A DNA stretch of 64,000 nucleotides from the human T2T-CHM13v2.0 reference genome, Homo sapiens. The stretch lies in assembly GCF_009914755.1 (NCBI RefSeq), contig NC_060935.1; one strand, written 5' to 3'. Of the stretch, positions 52,225 to 64,000 are shown piece by piece (the stretch's first letter is position 1; the number at the start of each line of letters is the position of its first letter). A model generated the notes under the pieces. It was not told where the DNA came from and searched no databases. It was given only the letters and a program-made list of their open reading frames with translations. The position numbers were made by a program, and so were the translations under genes.

Positions 52225-52753
52225 CACTCATTTAACAAAAACTCAGGCTACATACAACTACGCAAAGGGCCTAACATTGTAAGCCTTTAGGGACTGCTTC
52301 AATCATTCGCTGACACAATAACACTTTTCAGCAAAGAACCCCTATGGCCCTCAACATCTACTATTAACCTTTATATTATCGCTCCAACCCTGGCCCTTTC
52401 TTTCGCTCTTCTATTGTGAACCCCCATCCCTATACCAGACCCTCTAATTAATTTTAAAATAGGCCTCCTATTTTTACTAACCTTATCAAGCCTAGCCGTC
52501 TACTCTATTCTATGATCAGGAAGAGCAATTAAATTCAAATTATGTACTAATTGGCACATTACAAACTGTAGCCCAAACAACTTCATATGAAGTAACCCTA
52601 GCCATTGTCCTGCTATCAATTCTACAGATAAGTGGCTCGTTTAACTTATATTCACTCATCACAATGCAAGAAATCCTCTGACTGCTCCTATCATCATGGC
52701 CCCTAGACATGATATGACTTGTCTTCACACTAGCAGAAACTAATCGAGTCCCT
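52225..52753 (+). pseudogene. NUMT: mitochondrial ND1 fragment (MTND1P-type)
   Basis: ggctacatacaactacgcaaagggcctaacattgta (GYMQLRKGPNIV), gcccaaacaacttcatatgaagtaacccta and ctagcagaaactaatcga (LAETNR), covering about codons 22-197. There is an in-frame TAG at the Tyr of GPYGLLQ. Confidence 0.95.
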
Positions 52754-53435
52754 ATATTATATATATAATTTTTTATATATAATACATATTATATAAAATA
52801 TAAATATATAAATATTTGTATATTTATATTTTATATGAAATATAAATATTTGTATATATATATTTTATATGAAATATAAATATTTGTATATTTATATTTT
52901 ATGTAAAATATAAATATATAAATATTTGTATATTATATATTTTATGTAAAATATAAATATATAAATATTTGTATATTATATATTTATATAAAATATAAAT
53001 ATACAAATATTTGTATATTATATATTTATATAAAATATAAATATACAAATATTTGTATATTATATATTTATATAAAATATAAATATACAAATATTTGTAT
53101 ATTATATATTTATATAAAATATAAATATATAAATATTTGTATATTTATATTTTATATAAAATATAAATATATAAATATTTGTATATTTATATTTTATATA
53201 AAATATAAATATATAAATATTTGTATATTATGTATTTTATATATAATATAAATATATAAATATTTGTATATTATGTGTTTTATATATAATATAAATATAT
53301 AAATATTTGTATATTATGTGTTTTATATATAATATAAATATATAAATATTTGTAATGTATTTTATATATAGTATATATAAATATTTACCTATAATACAAA
53401 ATACATATAATATATATGATTATATATAATTTTTA
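52754..53435. repeat. AT-rich minisatellite (core unit 42 bp, with 35-43-bp variants)
   Basis: Marker C residues at 53004, 53046 and 53088 give a 42-bp period. Confidence 0.92.
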
Positions 53436-55533
53436 TACCCTCTGTAGAGGGAATTATTTTTGTTTCTATATCCATCCATAATAAAATACTGTGTCTGTCC
53501 ATAATAAAAATACTAGTGGAAAAGTAGGAATTATAGTCACGTAAGAGATAAAAGAAAATCTGTTAGTATCAATATATTAACACATATAGGTGGTGTTGGT
53601 TCTTACAGGGTTTAGTAAAATGCATTCTAATTTTCTAAACAATTTCCACGTTACTGTATATTTATTTTTCTCTCTTTCATGATTGGAAAGAGTGCAACAA
53701 TATACATCCCTATACAATCATCCTTGATTACATCTAAGGGAGCTTCGGCAGTAGTAAAATTACAGGGTTAATTTATTCATATAGGTATTACAGGGTAACC
53801 AAACAAGATTCCAAATTCTTTCATCAGCAAAGCCCAGTGTAATCCTAAACCAGGTAGCCACTCTAATTAATGCAATTAACTCAGATACATAAATATATAC
53901 ATATATATGTATATGTCTCCATGTGTGGATGCACTTAAATGGTTGCAAATACCATCGACTTTTCCTCTCAAACAGTATTTTTGTTGAGAATGAGGTATAT
54001 TCACTAGTTCATCAAAAATATTTTTTAAATTCTTAGATGATTACATTTGTTACAGTGACCAGCTGGATTAGAATTAGATTAGGTTTAAAATGATGAAAGA
54101 ATCTGGGAGAGGGGGCAGAGTGCTGGTTGTTAATTAGCACATGGATCAAAGGAGAGCACTGAGGTGTTTAGAAGCCACAACATTGACAGGATAAAAGCCA
54201 GAACTAACAATCCAATAGTAAATCTCTTCACTGTGGTATTTTCTGCCACTTCTGCTCCATAAGACACAATTTAACCACTTTGTCGTGGTATCTGCAGTAT
54301 TCTATTTTAGTCTACATAGCATTTTCTCTCAAATGCATTCTGTTTCTCTCTCCTTCATCTTCCCTCCCTTCTTCCTTCCAGCTGTATTTTCTCACTAGAG
54401 AACACTAGTAGAATGTTCTCCCAAATTTCAGATTTCAGATACGCACCTGTAAAATAACGTTATGGAGACACATTTTAGTTGCTACTGAATACTTGGTTGT
54501 TTTCATAAGTTCACAGCATTACTACTGTCCTCCAAAAAACGGTTTCCCATTTCCACAGCTAATCTCATCATTGACTCTGCCATCCGAGTTTATTCTAGGC
54601 CACTCTGGAAGAATCTGGAAAAATACTTAGAATACATTTTAAGTATTCATCATGCACATGTATTGTATTTTATTTTATATATGTTCGGGTGAATATCTTT
54701 CTCCACTAATTGTTTGCATTTCAATTCTTGTATCATGTTTTTTGAAACACAGAAGTCCTCATGAATATAAACCAACTAATTTTTTTTAATTGTTAATTTT
54801 TGTCCTGGTTAAGAAATCCTTATGAGAATATTGTATCAGGACTTGAATCTTCAGGACTTGAATCTATTTGGAAATGACTGTGTGTGTTTTGAGGTAGGAG
54901 TCAATATTTAGTTACTTTTTTAAAAAAAATTCAATTAATCCAGCATTGTTCTGACCACCTTGTGTATTTCAATGTAGAAGAGCACACTAATAATGCGGGA
55001 TTATTTATATATGTGGTGAGAATTCCAAAATGAAGCCCAGCATGGAAGGTCAAATGATATTAACTCAAAGGATAGATTAGTACAATGAAACATGATGGAT
55101 AAGTGCAACACAGTTAGATAAAGAGAAAGAAAAACAGCATTTCCCAGTTATCATTAACGCTTCACTCCAAGTTTTTGCATGAAGCAAAAGATCCCGACTC
55201 TCTTCCACTGATTTTAACTCCATTCAGACATGTCTGTCAACTATTATTTCACTCAGTGGCAGTCAGAAATAAAGAAAAAAAAACAGAGAATATATTTCAT
55301 GCCATGATCATGAATAATGATTTTTCAAAAATTAATTAATAACCAGTACACATACTTTTAGTGTTTTTACCACATTTAATAGTAACACAATAAATGAGTT
55401 TTAATAACATTAGAATGCAATTCAAGACATAAAACAGAACGTATTTGTCCTGTTTGATAAGGCACAAGGAAGAGGGCTTTCTGGGATAAAGGGGTTCCCA
55501 CAGCAGATGAACACATATCTGATTTGTCTCTGG

Positions 55534-56033
55534 TCAGAGGTGAACACAGCAAAAGATAGGCCTGAGAGGAGGTGAGAAGGAGCAATTAGGGATGGTGTGT
55601 ATAGGGGAGCTTTGATTAACATCAACGAAGCTCACAGTTCTAGCTTCACAATCCAGGAATAATCCTACATGGTTGGTAGGTCTTGGGACATACTGCAGTG
55701 TAAGTGGGGAGGTGGTAAAGAGGCTGCACTGAATGTCATTCTTAACACACCCAAGACTAAAGAGTCCCTCCTCTCCATGTATATTGCCATTCTGATTCGT
55801 CCCTTTCCAATACTTATTACAGACACCAAAGGCCCAATTCCAAGAGTCCCCCACATGGACCTCCCAGTAATATTTGCCAGAGGTGAAAGTCTGAGCACCC
55901 CATGCAAGAAAACTTGTAGGTGTTGCAGTGATATGGGGCGCATTTTGACGGTCACATCCAATACAAATGCTTCTCAAATCTCCACGTCGGAAGATATGAC
56001 TGTTGGCTTCATTATGAGGCAGAGTAATATCCA
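55534..56033 (-). CDS. TRIM49D1: TRIM49D last coding exon (PRY/SPRY)
   Basis: [15 protein letters not shown]...[17 protein letters not shown]...CCVHL*. Confidence 0.92.
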
Positions 56034-56041
56034 CTGCAAAA

Positions 56042-56076
<35 letters not shown>

Positions 56077-59000
56077 ATAGAAAGAAAGAAAGAAAGAAAA
56101 CATGCATAGGCATGTGTAGATAAGCAAAAATTGTTCTATCAAGCAGTTAATTTACCAGGAAACGTAAAGTCACAAGGACACTTTTGCTTGTAACTTCTAA
56201 TAAAGTATAGAGATGATTAATATTATCTACAAGACAGACAAAACGCTAACCACAGATATTAAAGATGTTTTGAAAACTTACATACTGAGAGCCAAATGTA
56301 AGACCAACTTCTTTCAATCCAATTTTCAAAGCAAAATTTGCACATTATGTGCCCTAAATGCTATGCTGTTATCAAGATCATTATTTAGAAATGTTTCTTA
56401 TTCTTAAAAACTAGTGCTATCATTTTGGAAAGAATGTGAAGATGTTCAGTTACTCAAGAACTGCTCTAGATAACTGGGTAAAAATCCATAAGTACATGTC
56501 ATAAGTGATCATTTAAAGCAGATTTCTGCAAAATCTTTTACCAGTCTCTCTGTTGGCCCTCCATGCTAGCTTGGGGCTGAAGCTGGATTTTAGACTTAAC
56601 ATGTAGCTTTTCATATTGCAATTAAACTGAACTTCTTTTTGTTTGTAATTTTACTTGTATTCACAAAATGATTTCTTTTTATTTTTACCCATTAACTAAT
56701 TTTCTTGGAAATACATAATATATATCCATTAAAAAAATTAAAAAACCCCAAGAATCTCCAGTGAACTATATTCCCCAAAAGAACAGTTCTTAGCTGTTCA
56801 AATGAATACACCAAAGAAATGTAAAATTTTGTATTTAACATTAAATAACTCACCTTCATTCTGAGCATTGTTCCATTTGCTCCTTTTTTAGATTTGCTAC
56901 ACTACTCCTTTTTCCCATTACATTACTCAGTACATATGAGGCCATAATGTATTTGTTTTTCACTATCTTTTAATCTTAATGCTATAAATCTGACTATACA
57001 GACACAGATACAAAAGGGTTGCATGATTATATTGTTCACTTATGTCTATAAAGTAGTAAAATATTTGATAAAGGGTGAAATATTACCTATGTGATCCTAA
57101 CAATAATAAAATTTAGATAGTGGGAGTGCTGCCTGTGGGTGGAGACTTACCTCGGAATTGGTTGAGCCTGTCCCTCAGTCCAGTGATGGGCCCTGCCCTG
57201 AGCTCTAGATTCAGAGGCTGGGGCATGTGCAGCAGCACGGACTCACTCCTGCAAGGAAAAACCTGCAGTTACAACATCTACAGCCATAAAATAAATAAAA
57301 ATCACTACTTGTGTTTAAAAGACATTTCATGAGAATCCTTTGAACCCACAAATTTGATAATTCAAAAATTATTCCTTCCTTTTTGAAATTAATTTCGATT
57401 TACAGTTTCCGAATTTTAAAGCACAGTGGGAGAGTCTGAGTCAGAATTCAGTCTGATCTTTCCTATTTTTTGCCCCAAATGTTTAAGGTTCCTTAGCCTT
57501 ACGGCCTTGAGAATATTTAGAAACGAAATTCTGAGTTCCACTTCTTGGCAGACTCCCCTGACACCTTTGTCTGAAATAGCGGGGTTCTGGGGAGACTGCT
57601 GCATCTGCTGCTTCCTTTTCAAGATAAAGAATGTGAAACTTGTTCTAGGCAGCTAGACCTGCCTTTTAGAAACAAGCTTCCCTAGAGACTTATACAGTTC
57701 TAACACTCCACAGTTTTTTCAATCTATTTTTCAGAACTGTTAACTGATATGTGTATAGGTATGAACAACAAATCATCAACTTTTTCACTGCTGAAATACT
57801 TCTCCCACTTCTCTCCTGCTTCCTCTGGTGACTTTCTCACCATCCACAAAACAAAACTTCATCTTTCACCTATGCAGGCTTTTAAGCAATAAAACAAAGT
57901 CAGGAATAAACATTTTTTTTTGATTTTACTTCACTATTTATTTATTTATGTATTTATTTACTTAGTGGTCTTGTCTTTTCTGGTGTGGGAACAAAAGTAG
58001 ATGCAAAAAAGAAATAAAGTGGTATCAATATCTCAATCATTTATGCCAGGACTTTGGTAGAGCCTGCTTTGATATTCGTGGAAAGTGAAAGAACATATGC
58101 TAAAATCCAGGTACACTCTCACCTGTGTAATATGTCTCCAAAAGCCTGTAAAAAAAAAAAAAATAGAAAGATTTAGTGCAGTTCACAAGATGCATCTTTC
58201 ATTAAGTTCAGTGTGAAATTTGGAGTCAGTTCCTCAAGATATTATTTCCCTACCATCTTCTCTTCTGCAAAGCATTTTCTATTTCTTCTGTAACGAAAAA
58301 CCCAGTCAGTCGTATTGTCACTAATTAATGACCTGGGAAAGTCTGAGTCTTGAAGACATTCTCTAAAGAAGTGAAGGGAGAAGAGGCCCAGAGAGTCTAT
58401 GCTCCATGGTAACCTCGAATAACCTACTCAGTCATCTTTCCCAGAACCTATTACCCAAATGAGTGGATCCCAAAATAATATTAATGTGAGCCTAGATTCC
58501 CAAAACGTCTGATCTTGCCATGTCCTCAAATTAACCTAAATGTAAATGAATCACTCACTATTTTATACATGTTTGACAACCCAAAATGTATTATTGACTT
58601 AGTTGGGGAATAGTTATTGGGGCTGTTACCTTGACCATTCCACAAAGTTTTGTGGCTGGTGGATAAAGTAGGAGGGATCTTTGGCCTGGTAGAATCCCTT
58701 GGCGGGGCTATACTCTCCCAATAAAGTAGCATTAGTTGTGCGAATGTGTTTTTGGAAACACATCATGGAAATAAAGGTAGGGAGATGGATTTCAGCCATG
58801 AGGAAAATACTTATACATGTGAATATTCAAAAACCTGAAACCACATTGTGAGTTTGTACCTGAAGTAGCTCCACATCTGGTTTATGGCACATTTTCATCA
58901 GCTCCGCATACGTTCCTCTTAAAATCTCCCTCCTGTGAGCCATTTTGGCTTTACTTAAATGAAGTCGATGAAAAATATCTTTCCCCTTCTTTTTCAGCAT

Positions 59001-59716
59001 CTCCAAATTATGTTTTTCTTCTTCATGATGAAATGCAGGCATCTTCTGATACTCAGCTCTAATAGCTTCTAGCCTTACATTCACATAATCCTGCAGTGAT
59101 AATGGGTTAGTCAAAAGAGAAATGTATATATCCATCTCCTATTAAATCTCACTGATTCCTTTTGTCTCTCGAACATCCAATAGTTTAAACCTCAGTCTTA
59201 CCAGTTCTTAGAATCCACAAATTTTTTTCCTTTCCTTTCTTTCTGCATAAAGATCAACATAGATGTATCTGACCAATTACATTAAATTTATTCAAGATAA
59301 TGAGTGTTCTAAGATAGTTGGAAATAAAAAAAAAAAACACAATTTGAATTTCTCTATTCCAACCCATATTTATGGAAAAGTAAGACCAGTTCATGCTTAA
59401 GAGTTGGAGTATAGAGCTATAGTTACTAGAAAGGAAATAATTATTTCTATTTCTGAGATACATAACAAGTTGCTTAAACTCATTATATGTGAAATGACCT
59501 TAGACTAACATGTCCAGCTAAATGCATTTCGCCCAGCAAAACCTATCCTAATAAGGCTGCATTTATGATTTGGCCATCTTTGTCTCCCTGAATTCATTTC
59601 CTTCCATTCTTTTTCTAAGTCAACCCAATCTGAAACATAGACTTCTTTGTGGTTCCCCAGGCCTCCAAATATACACAAACTCAAAATTACTGCATATACT
59701 GTTCTCTCCAACTGGA

Positions 59717-59765
<49 letters not shown>

Positions 59766-60721
59766 AAACACACATATACATATACATGTATACACACTCA
59801 TGGTCCACATATATATCCATACACACTTTCGTGCTCCCCTTCCGCTTTGAAACTTTGTTCAATTTGAATTTTTCAGTGAATCTTTTTTCTGACCACCCTA
59901 TTTAAAACTCAGACACTAATCTCCAGTTTCTGGCCTCTATTGTCCTTTTCTACTTCCCTGCTTGATTATTCTCCAACAAAGAACCTACCACACTCGAACA
60001 CATCATGTATTGCACATATTTGCATGTTGACCATTTTTGCCTCTCATTTGGATTGTACGATTTGTGAGGACAAAGATGCTTTCTTTCTTCTATACTGGCA
60101 AATTTTCTAATTTAATATTCAACATAGACTAGGTTCTTATGAAATACTTTTCAACACACTACTATTAGCTATCATACCCTCAGAGTATACATCCACAAAG
60201 AGAAAATCATTTTTAATATTTTTCTGAAGTCCTCAGAGTTCTCCTTATATTTAGATACTAGTTCCCATATTTCGGGCATGTTTGCATGTCTCCCTCAAGA
60301 CACAAATCCATATTTCTCACCACTTTTCTCATCATATGTTATGTAGTATTCAATATTAATTAGTTGAGATTCTTAATTTCATGGTTGCCCTAGATTTCCC
60401 CTGTCACTCTTTCTGCCTCAAATTTTCCATGCAATTCCAAATACTACTTGTCCACCAGCATTCAGATTAATGCTGACCCAGGCTCAGAAGGTTCACTTGA
60501 GCTTTCCATGACTGCCAAATAACTCTCATGCCCAGCATTTATCCAACCAGCACATATAGAATGCTGTGAGATGGCCCAGTATCTTGTATCTGTTGGTGTA
60601 TAGCTACAGGTTTGTATGAAAACAAACCAGCATGCTTTGGGTAACATCAACGGTTTTGTTAGAAATCCCATCTAACAGTCACACTATTCTACATAAGAAA
60701 TGAGGCCACTTTTTCTCAATG

Positions 60722-60753
<32 letters not shown>

Positions 60754-61652
60754 TTTTTGACTCCCAGAAACATTACGGTTTGATATCAAGTTCCTATTTT
60801 AAGAGTCACCCATTTGCCCACCATAAGTTCCTGGAGAAGGTAGACTAGTACAGGACTAACCTTCCAGTGGCTGATTCTGGTGGTTTCCACGTTCAGGTTT
60901 CTCTGATTTTCACAAACTTTTTCCCATAAAGACTGCATTTTCTTTAAAAGCTTCTCCTGCAAAAGAGCCATAAATTGAAGCACCAGTGAGGACAATAAAG
61001 TAACATGCAGACCGTTTCATAGGGAGGGGGCCCAGAATGAGAGACAAATAAGTCCCCAGTAAATGGCATTTCTTCTGTTTCCCTTCTGCTTCGTCAAATC
61101 TCGGAGGTTTGAAGCTAAGAAAGCCCAAAAGAGAGTTGCTTAAAGGGACTCAGAGTTGGCTTTACCCAATCTCCGAGAAAATAGGCCCACAGGAATTTCA
61201 TGTGTCCTTTACAGAAATAGATCTTCAGAGGCATCACTTACCCGGTGTTCCTCAGCAGCCCACTCAGCGGGACAGTGTCTGTGATACCGGTGCTCCAGAG
61301 AGCTGGAGCACAGCAAACAGAGCAGGCTCCTGTCCACTTCACAGAATATCTTCTTTGTCTCCCTGTGAGTGCCACACATTTGCTCCTCAGAGCTCAGGAA
61401 TAGCCAGAGACTGGCTTTTCTGGCACGGGAAGCCATCTTCTTCAATCGAATGTTAGTTTTGAGGTTTCTCTGCTGTGTTGTCTTTAGGCATTCAAAGCAC
61501 TGAGTAAGAATTGGGATGTCTTGCCAGTTGAGGTAGAAACAGGGCCTGCAAAAGCTGTGCCCACAGTCTATGGTGACCGGGTCTATGAAGTAGTTCAGGC
61601 AGATGGGGCAGGTGAGTTCCCTCTGGAAGACTTGCGAGATTCCAGAATTCAT
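55534..61652 (-). CDS. TRIM49D1: Tripartite motif protein TRIM49D1/D2 (RING, B-box2, coiled coil, PRY/SPRY), 452 aa, intact, 6 coding exons
   Basis: Coding exons 61652-61242 (411), 60956-60861 (96), 59090-58860 (231), 58145-58123 (23), 57248-57151 (98) and 56033-55534 (500) total 1359 nt. All junctions are GT-AG ([18 protein letters not shown]...IFCCVHL*). ATTAAA (minus) at 55375-55380. D1 and D2 cannot be distinguished by eye. Confidence 0.88.
56038..56100. repeat. compound (AAAT)n(AAAG)n microsatellite at the SPRY-exon acceptor
   Basis: About 10 AAAT and 5 AAAG units next to the AG. Confidence 0.95.
57151..57248 (-). CDS. TRIM49D1: TRIM49D coding exon 5 (98 nt)
   Basis: [32 protein letters not shown]|gtaagt. 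Confidence 0.9.
58123..58145 (-). CDS. TRIM49D1: TRIM49D coding exon 4 (23 nt)
   Basis: cag|GCTTTTGGAGACATATTACACAG|gtgaga. Confidence 0.88.
58860..59090 (-). CDS. TRIM49D1: TRIM49D coding exon 3 (231 nt)
   Basis: [15 protein letters not shown]...DVELLQ|gtacaa. Confidence 0.9.
59722..59830. repeat. (CA)n microsatellite with degenerate tail
   Basis: About 18 perfect CA units. Confidence 0.95.
60861..60956 (-). CDS. TRIM49D1: TRIM49D coding exon 2 (96 nt)
   Basis: [32 protein letters not shown]|gttagt. Confidence 0.9.
61242..61652 (-). CDS. TRIM49D1: TRIM49D coding exon 1 (RING + B-box)
   Basis: cctcag|aaacATG; ends EEHR|gtaagt. Confidence 0.9.
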
Positions 61653-62117
61653 GTTTCTGAGGAAGAAAGAGCAACATGTCATTTTGGGGTCTGGGTTGAT
61701 GAAAAGCTTCTGAACATGTGGAGATAAGTGATAGCTATAGTTTCTTCTCTTGACAGTGTTCATTAAAGCACAGCAAACTATTTCTTCTGTAACAAAAATA
61801 AAAATCTCACACAGAGAGTCTCCCGGCTTTATAGTAGATATTACTGACTAGATGACTCACAACCCCTTCTACTCCTAGTGCCTGTCTGTAACACAATACC
61901 AATCTATTCAATTTCCCATTTTTCTGAATGTGGATCTGGAAATTGGGTTTGATTCTAAGTGGCCTAGAATAAATTGTAGTTGTTCCTATTCTTCTTTCAT
62001 GTAACTGCCGAATGAGTATGAAAGGGTGGGAAAAACTGTCTTGGCCAAAGAAATACGAGAAGATGGCTAGAGGGTCCTATGATATATTTTGAGAGAGAGA
62101 CACAACAGTGGGGCAGC

Positions 62118-62235
62118 AAACCACCATGGCACATGTTTACCTGTGTAACAAGCCTGCACGTCCTGCACATTTATCTCAGGACTTAAAATAATATAAAATT
62201 AAAGTAAAATAAAAAACCAAAACCAAAACGAAATA
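62118..62235 (+). mobile_element. L1PA 3' end fragment
   Basis: gcagcaaaccaccatggcacatgtttacctgtgtaacaagcctgcacgtcctgcacat followed by an A-rich tail. Confidence 0.88.
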
Positions 62236-62818
62236 GAAAAACCAATCAACCAACCAAATAAACAAATAAAAAACAGCAATTAAACCAATTTAGGTTGAAT
62301 AGAAGAGAAAAAATCATTAAAGATATTGGGCCTTTTTATTTTCTCGTGGGTTAAATTAACTTCTCCTAGGGATACCCAGGCTCTGAACTAACATATAGTA
62401 GGATTTTTGTTAAACTTAAAGAGGTGTAATTATATTTCTATGGTGTGATGGTGAATTTTAGGTATCAGTCTGACTGGATTAACCAACACCTAGGGAACTG
62501 GTGCAGCATTGTTTCTGGGTGAGTCTGTGAAGGTGTTTCCAGAGGAGAGAGACATGTGAGTTGGTGAGCTGAGTGGGACCATCATCCCTCAATGTGAGTG
62601 GGCACCATTCAATCAGCTGGTAGCTCAGATAAAAGGAAAAGGCCAGAAGAAAGGCAATTTCCTCTTTCTTTCTCCTGAAGCTGGTTCTGAGGCTTTCAGC
62701 CTTGAGCTCAGTCAAGACACCGGTATCCTCAGGACATCAGCTTAAAGACAGCCTATATTAGAACTGCTCAGACTCCATAATCAAGCAAACGAATTTTCCT
62801 GATGAATTCCCTCTCGTG

Positions 62819-63464
62819 TAGAATCATGTGTAGCTTGAGGACAGATATATGTTCTGAGAAATGTGTAAGGAGGTTTTATTTATTTACTTTTTGAGATGGA
62901 GACCCACTGTGTCACCCAGGCTGGAGTGCAGTGGTGCAATATCGGCTCACTGCAACCTCCGCCTCCTGGGTCAAAGCGAGTCTCCTGCCTTAGCCTCCTG
63001 AGTACCTAGGATTACAGGAACATGCCACTACACCCGGCAAATTTTCTCATTTTTTTTTTTTCCAGTAGAGATGAGGTTTCGCCATGTTGGCCAGGCTGGA
63101 CTTGAACTCCTGGCCTCAAGTGATCTGCCCGCCACGGCCTCCAAAAGTGCTGGGATTACAGGCATGAGCCACTGTGCCTAGCCGGGCGGTTGTATTGTTT
63201 TGACATGATAGAATATACTTATACAAACCTAGATGGTACAGCCTGCTACACACCTATGGTATACAGTACAGCCTGTTGCTCCTAGACTACAAAACTGTAC
63301 AGCATGTTCTGTACTGTATACTCTAGGCAATTGTAACACAGTGGTAATTATTTAGTATGTAAACATATTTAAATACAGAAAAGGTACAGTAAACACACTG
63401 GTATTATAATCTTATGTGACCACCATGTGTGGTTTATGGTTGACTGAATTGGCTCATGAATGTA
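62819..63464 (-). mobile_element. Tigger3a (MER7A)-like DNA-transposon relic, split by an Alu
   Basis: gttctgagaaatg..., acaaacctagatggta, gctcctagactacaaa, aggcaattgtaacaca, aaaaggtacagtaaa, tattataatcttatg; flanked by TA. Confidence 0.85.
62874..63184 (-). mobile_element. AluS
   Basis: Full antisense dimer inside the Tigger3a. Confidence 0.93.
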
Positions 63465-64000
63465 TCTCTACATGTATACATATACATCCTATCATTCTGT
63501 CTGTCTGGAGGGCCCTGACTAATATATAAACTATGGTCTTTGGCAATTTTAAGTCCTTTTCTTTACTCTCCTTTATTTGATAACACTGCTGAATTTTAGT
63601 GAAAGAAATGAAAAATCTTAGAATTGTAAATATTCTCCAGAGGTCATCTAAGTCATTTTAAGGAATTTTTCATAGTTTAATAAGATTAAGACTCAAGTGA
63701 GATGGCAACCACCATCACGTATCAAATTATATCTTATATATGTATTTGGTCAAAAAATTGTGTTTTGATTTCCAAACTAGGATGTTTTGGGGAGCTTTCT
63801 CATTTTTTTCAGTTTCACTATTTTGCATCTCTCATCATTACCTTACTAATTTAAAGCTATGTGTAAATGCCGAATGAATGGATTAACATTCATTAACGTC
63901 TTCTCAATTCAATTGTATAATATTAATACACTCATTACACACATATTTACACACACCTATGTGTACATACATGTATAAATATCAACTCCATATATTCATT

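Larger units (their letters stand above)
62444..63526 (+). mobile_element. MLT2 (ERVL) solo LTR, split by Tigger3a
   Basis: Starts tgtgatggtgaatttta..tgactggattaa..ctgggtgagtctgtgaaggtgtttccagaggag and resumes after ~63465 with cctatcattctgtc..tggagggccctgactaata. Confidence 0.85.

Overview
Primate, almost certainly human, genomic DNA from the TRIM49/51/64 segmental-duplication cluster. By recall it fits 11q14.3 in the order TRIM51BP - ANKRD33B retrocopy - TRIM64B - TRIM49D1. The mirror arm (TRIM51EP/TRIM64/TRIM49D2) read in reverse would look almost the same, so exact paralog names are uncertain. Contents in order: (1) the 3' half of a TRIM51-like gene (+) disabled by a GT>GG donor mutation, with an SVA in its last intron that appears to carry a 5'-transduced ERV1 LTR piece; (2) a processed ANKRD33B pseudogene (-); (3) an intact 449-codon TRIM64-type gene (-); (4) a fused TRIM43-like/TRIM77-like pseudogene remnant (+); (5) a scar of inverted and direct micro-duplications; (6) a rearranged CDON retrocopy (-) inserted into an L1; (7) about 5.8 kb of SATR1/SATR2-type satellite with higher-order repeats and an internal inversion; (8) an ND1 NUMT and an AT-rich VNTR; (9) an intact 452-codon TRIM49D-type gene (-). 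Most ORFs in the supplied track are spurious. I see no new biological system as such. The best leads are the LTR-driven SVA transduction, the pseudogene lesions and chimeras, and the rearrangement scars. Family and subfamily names come from recalled sequences, not database searches.
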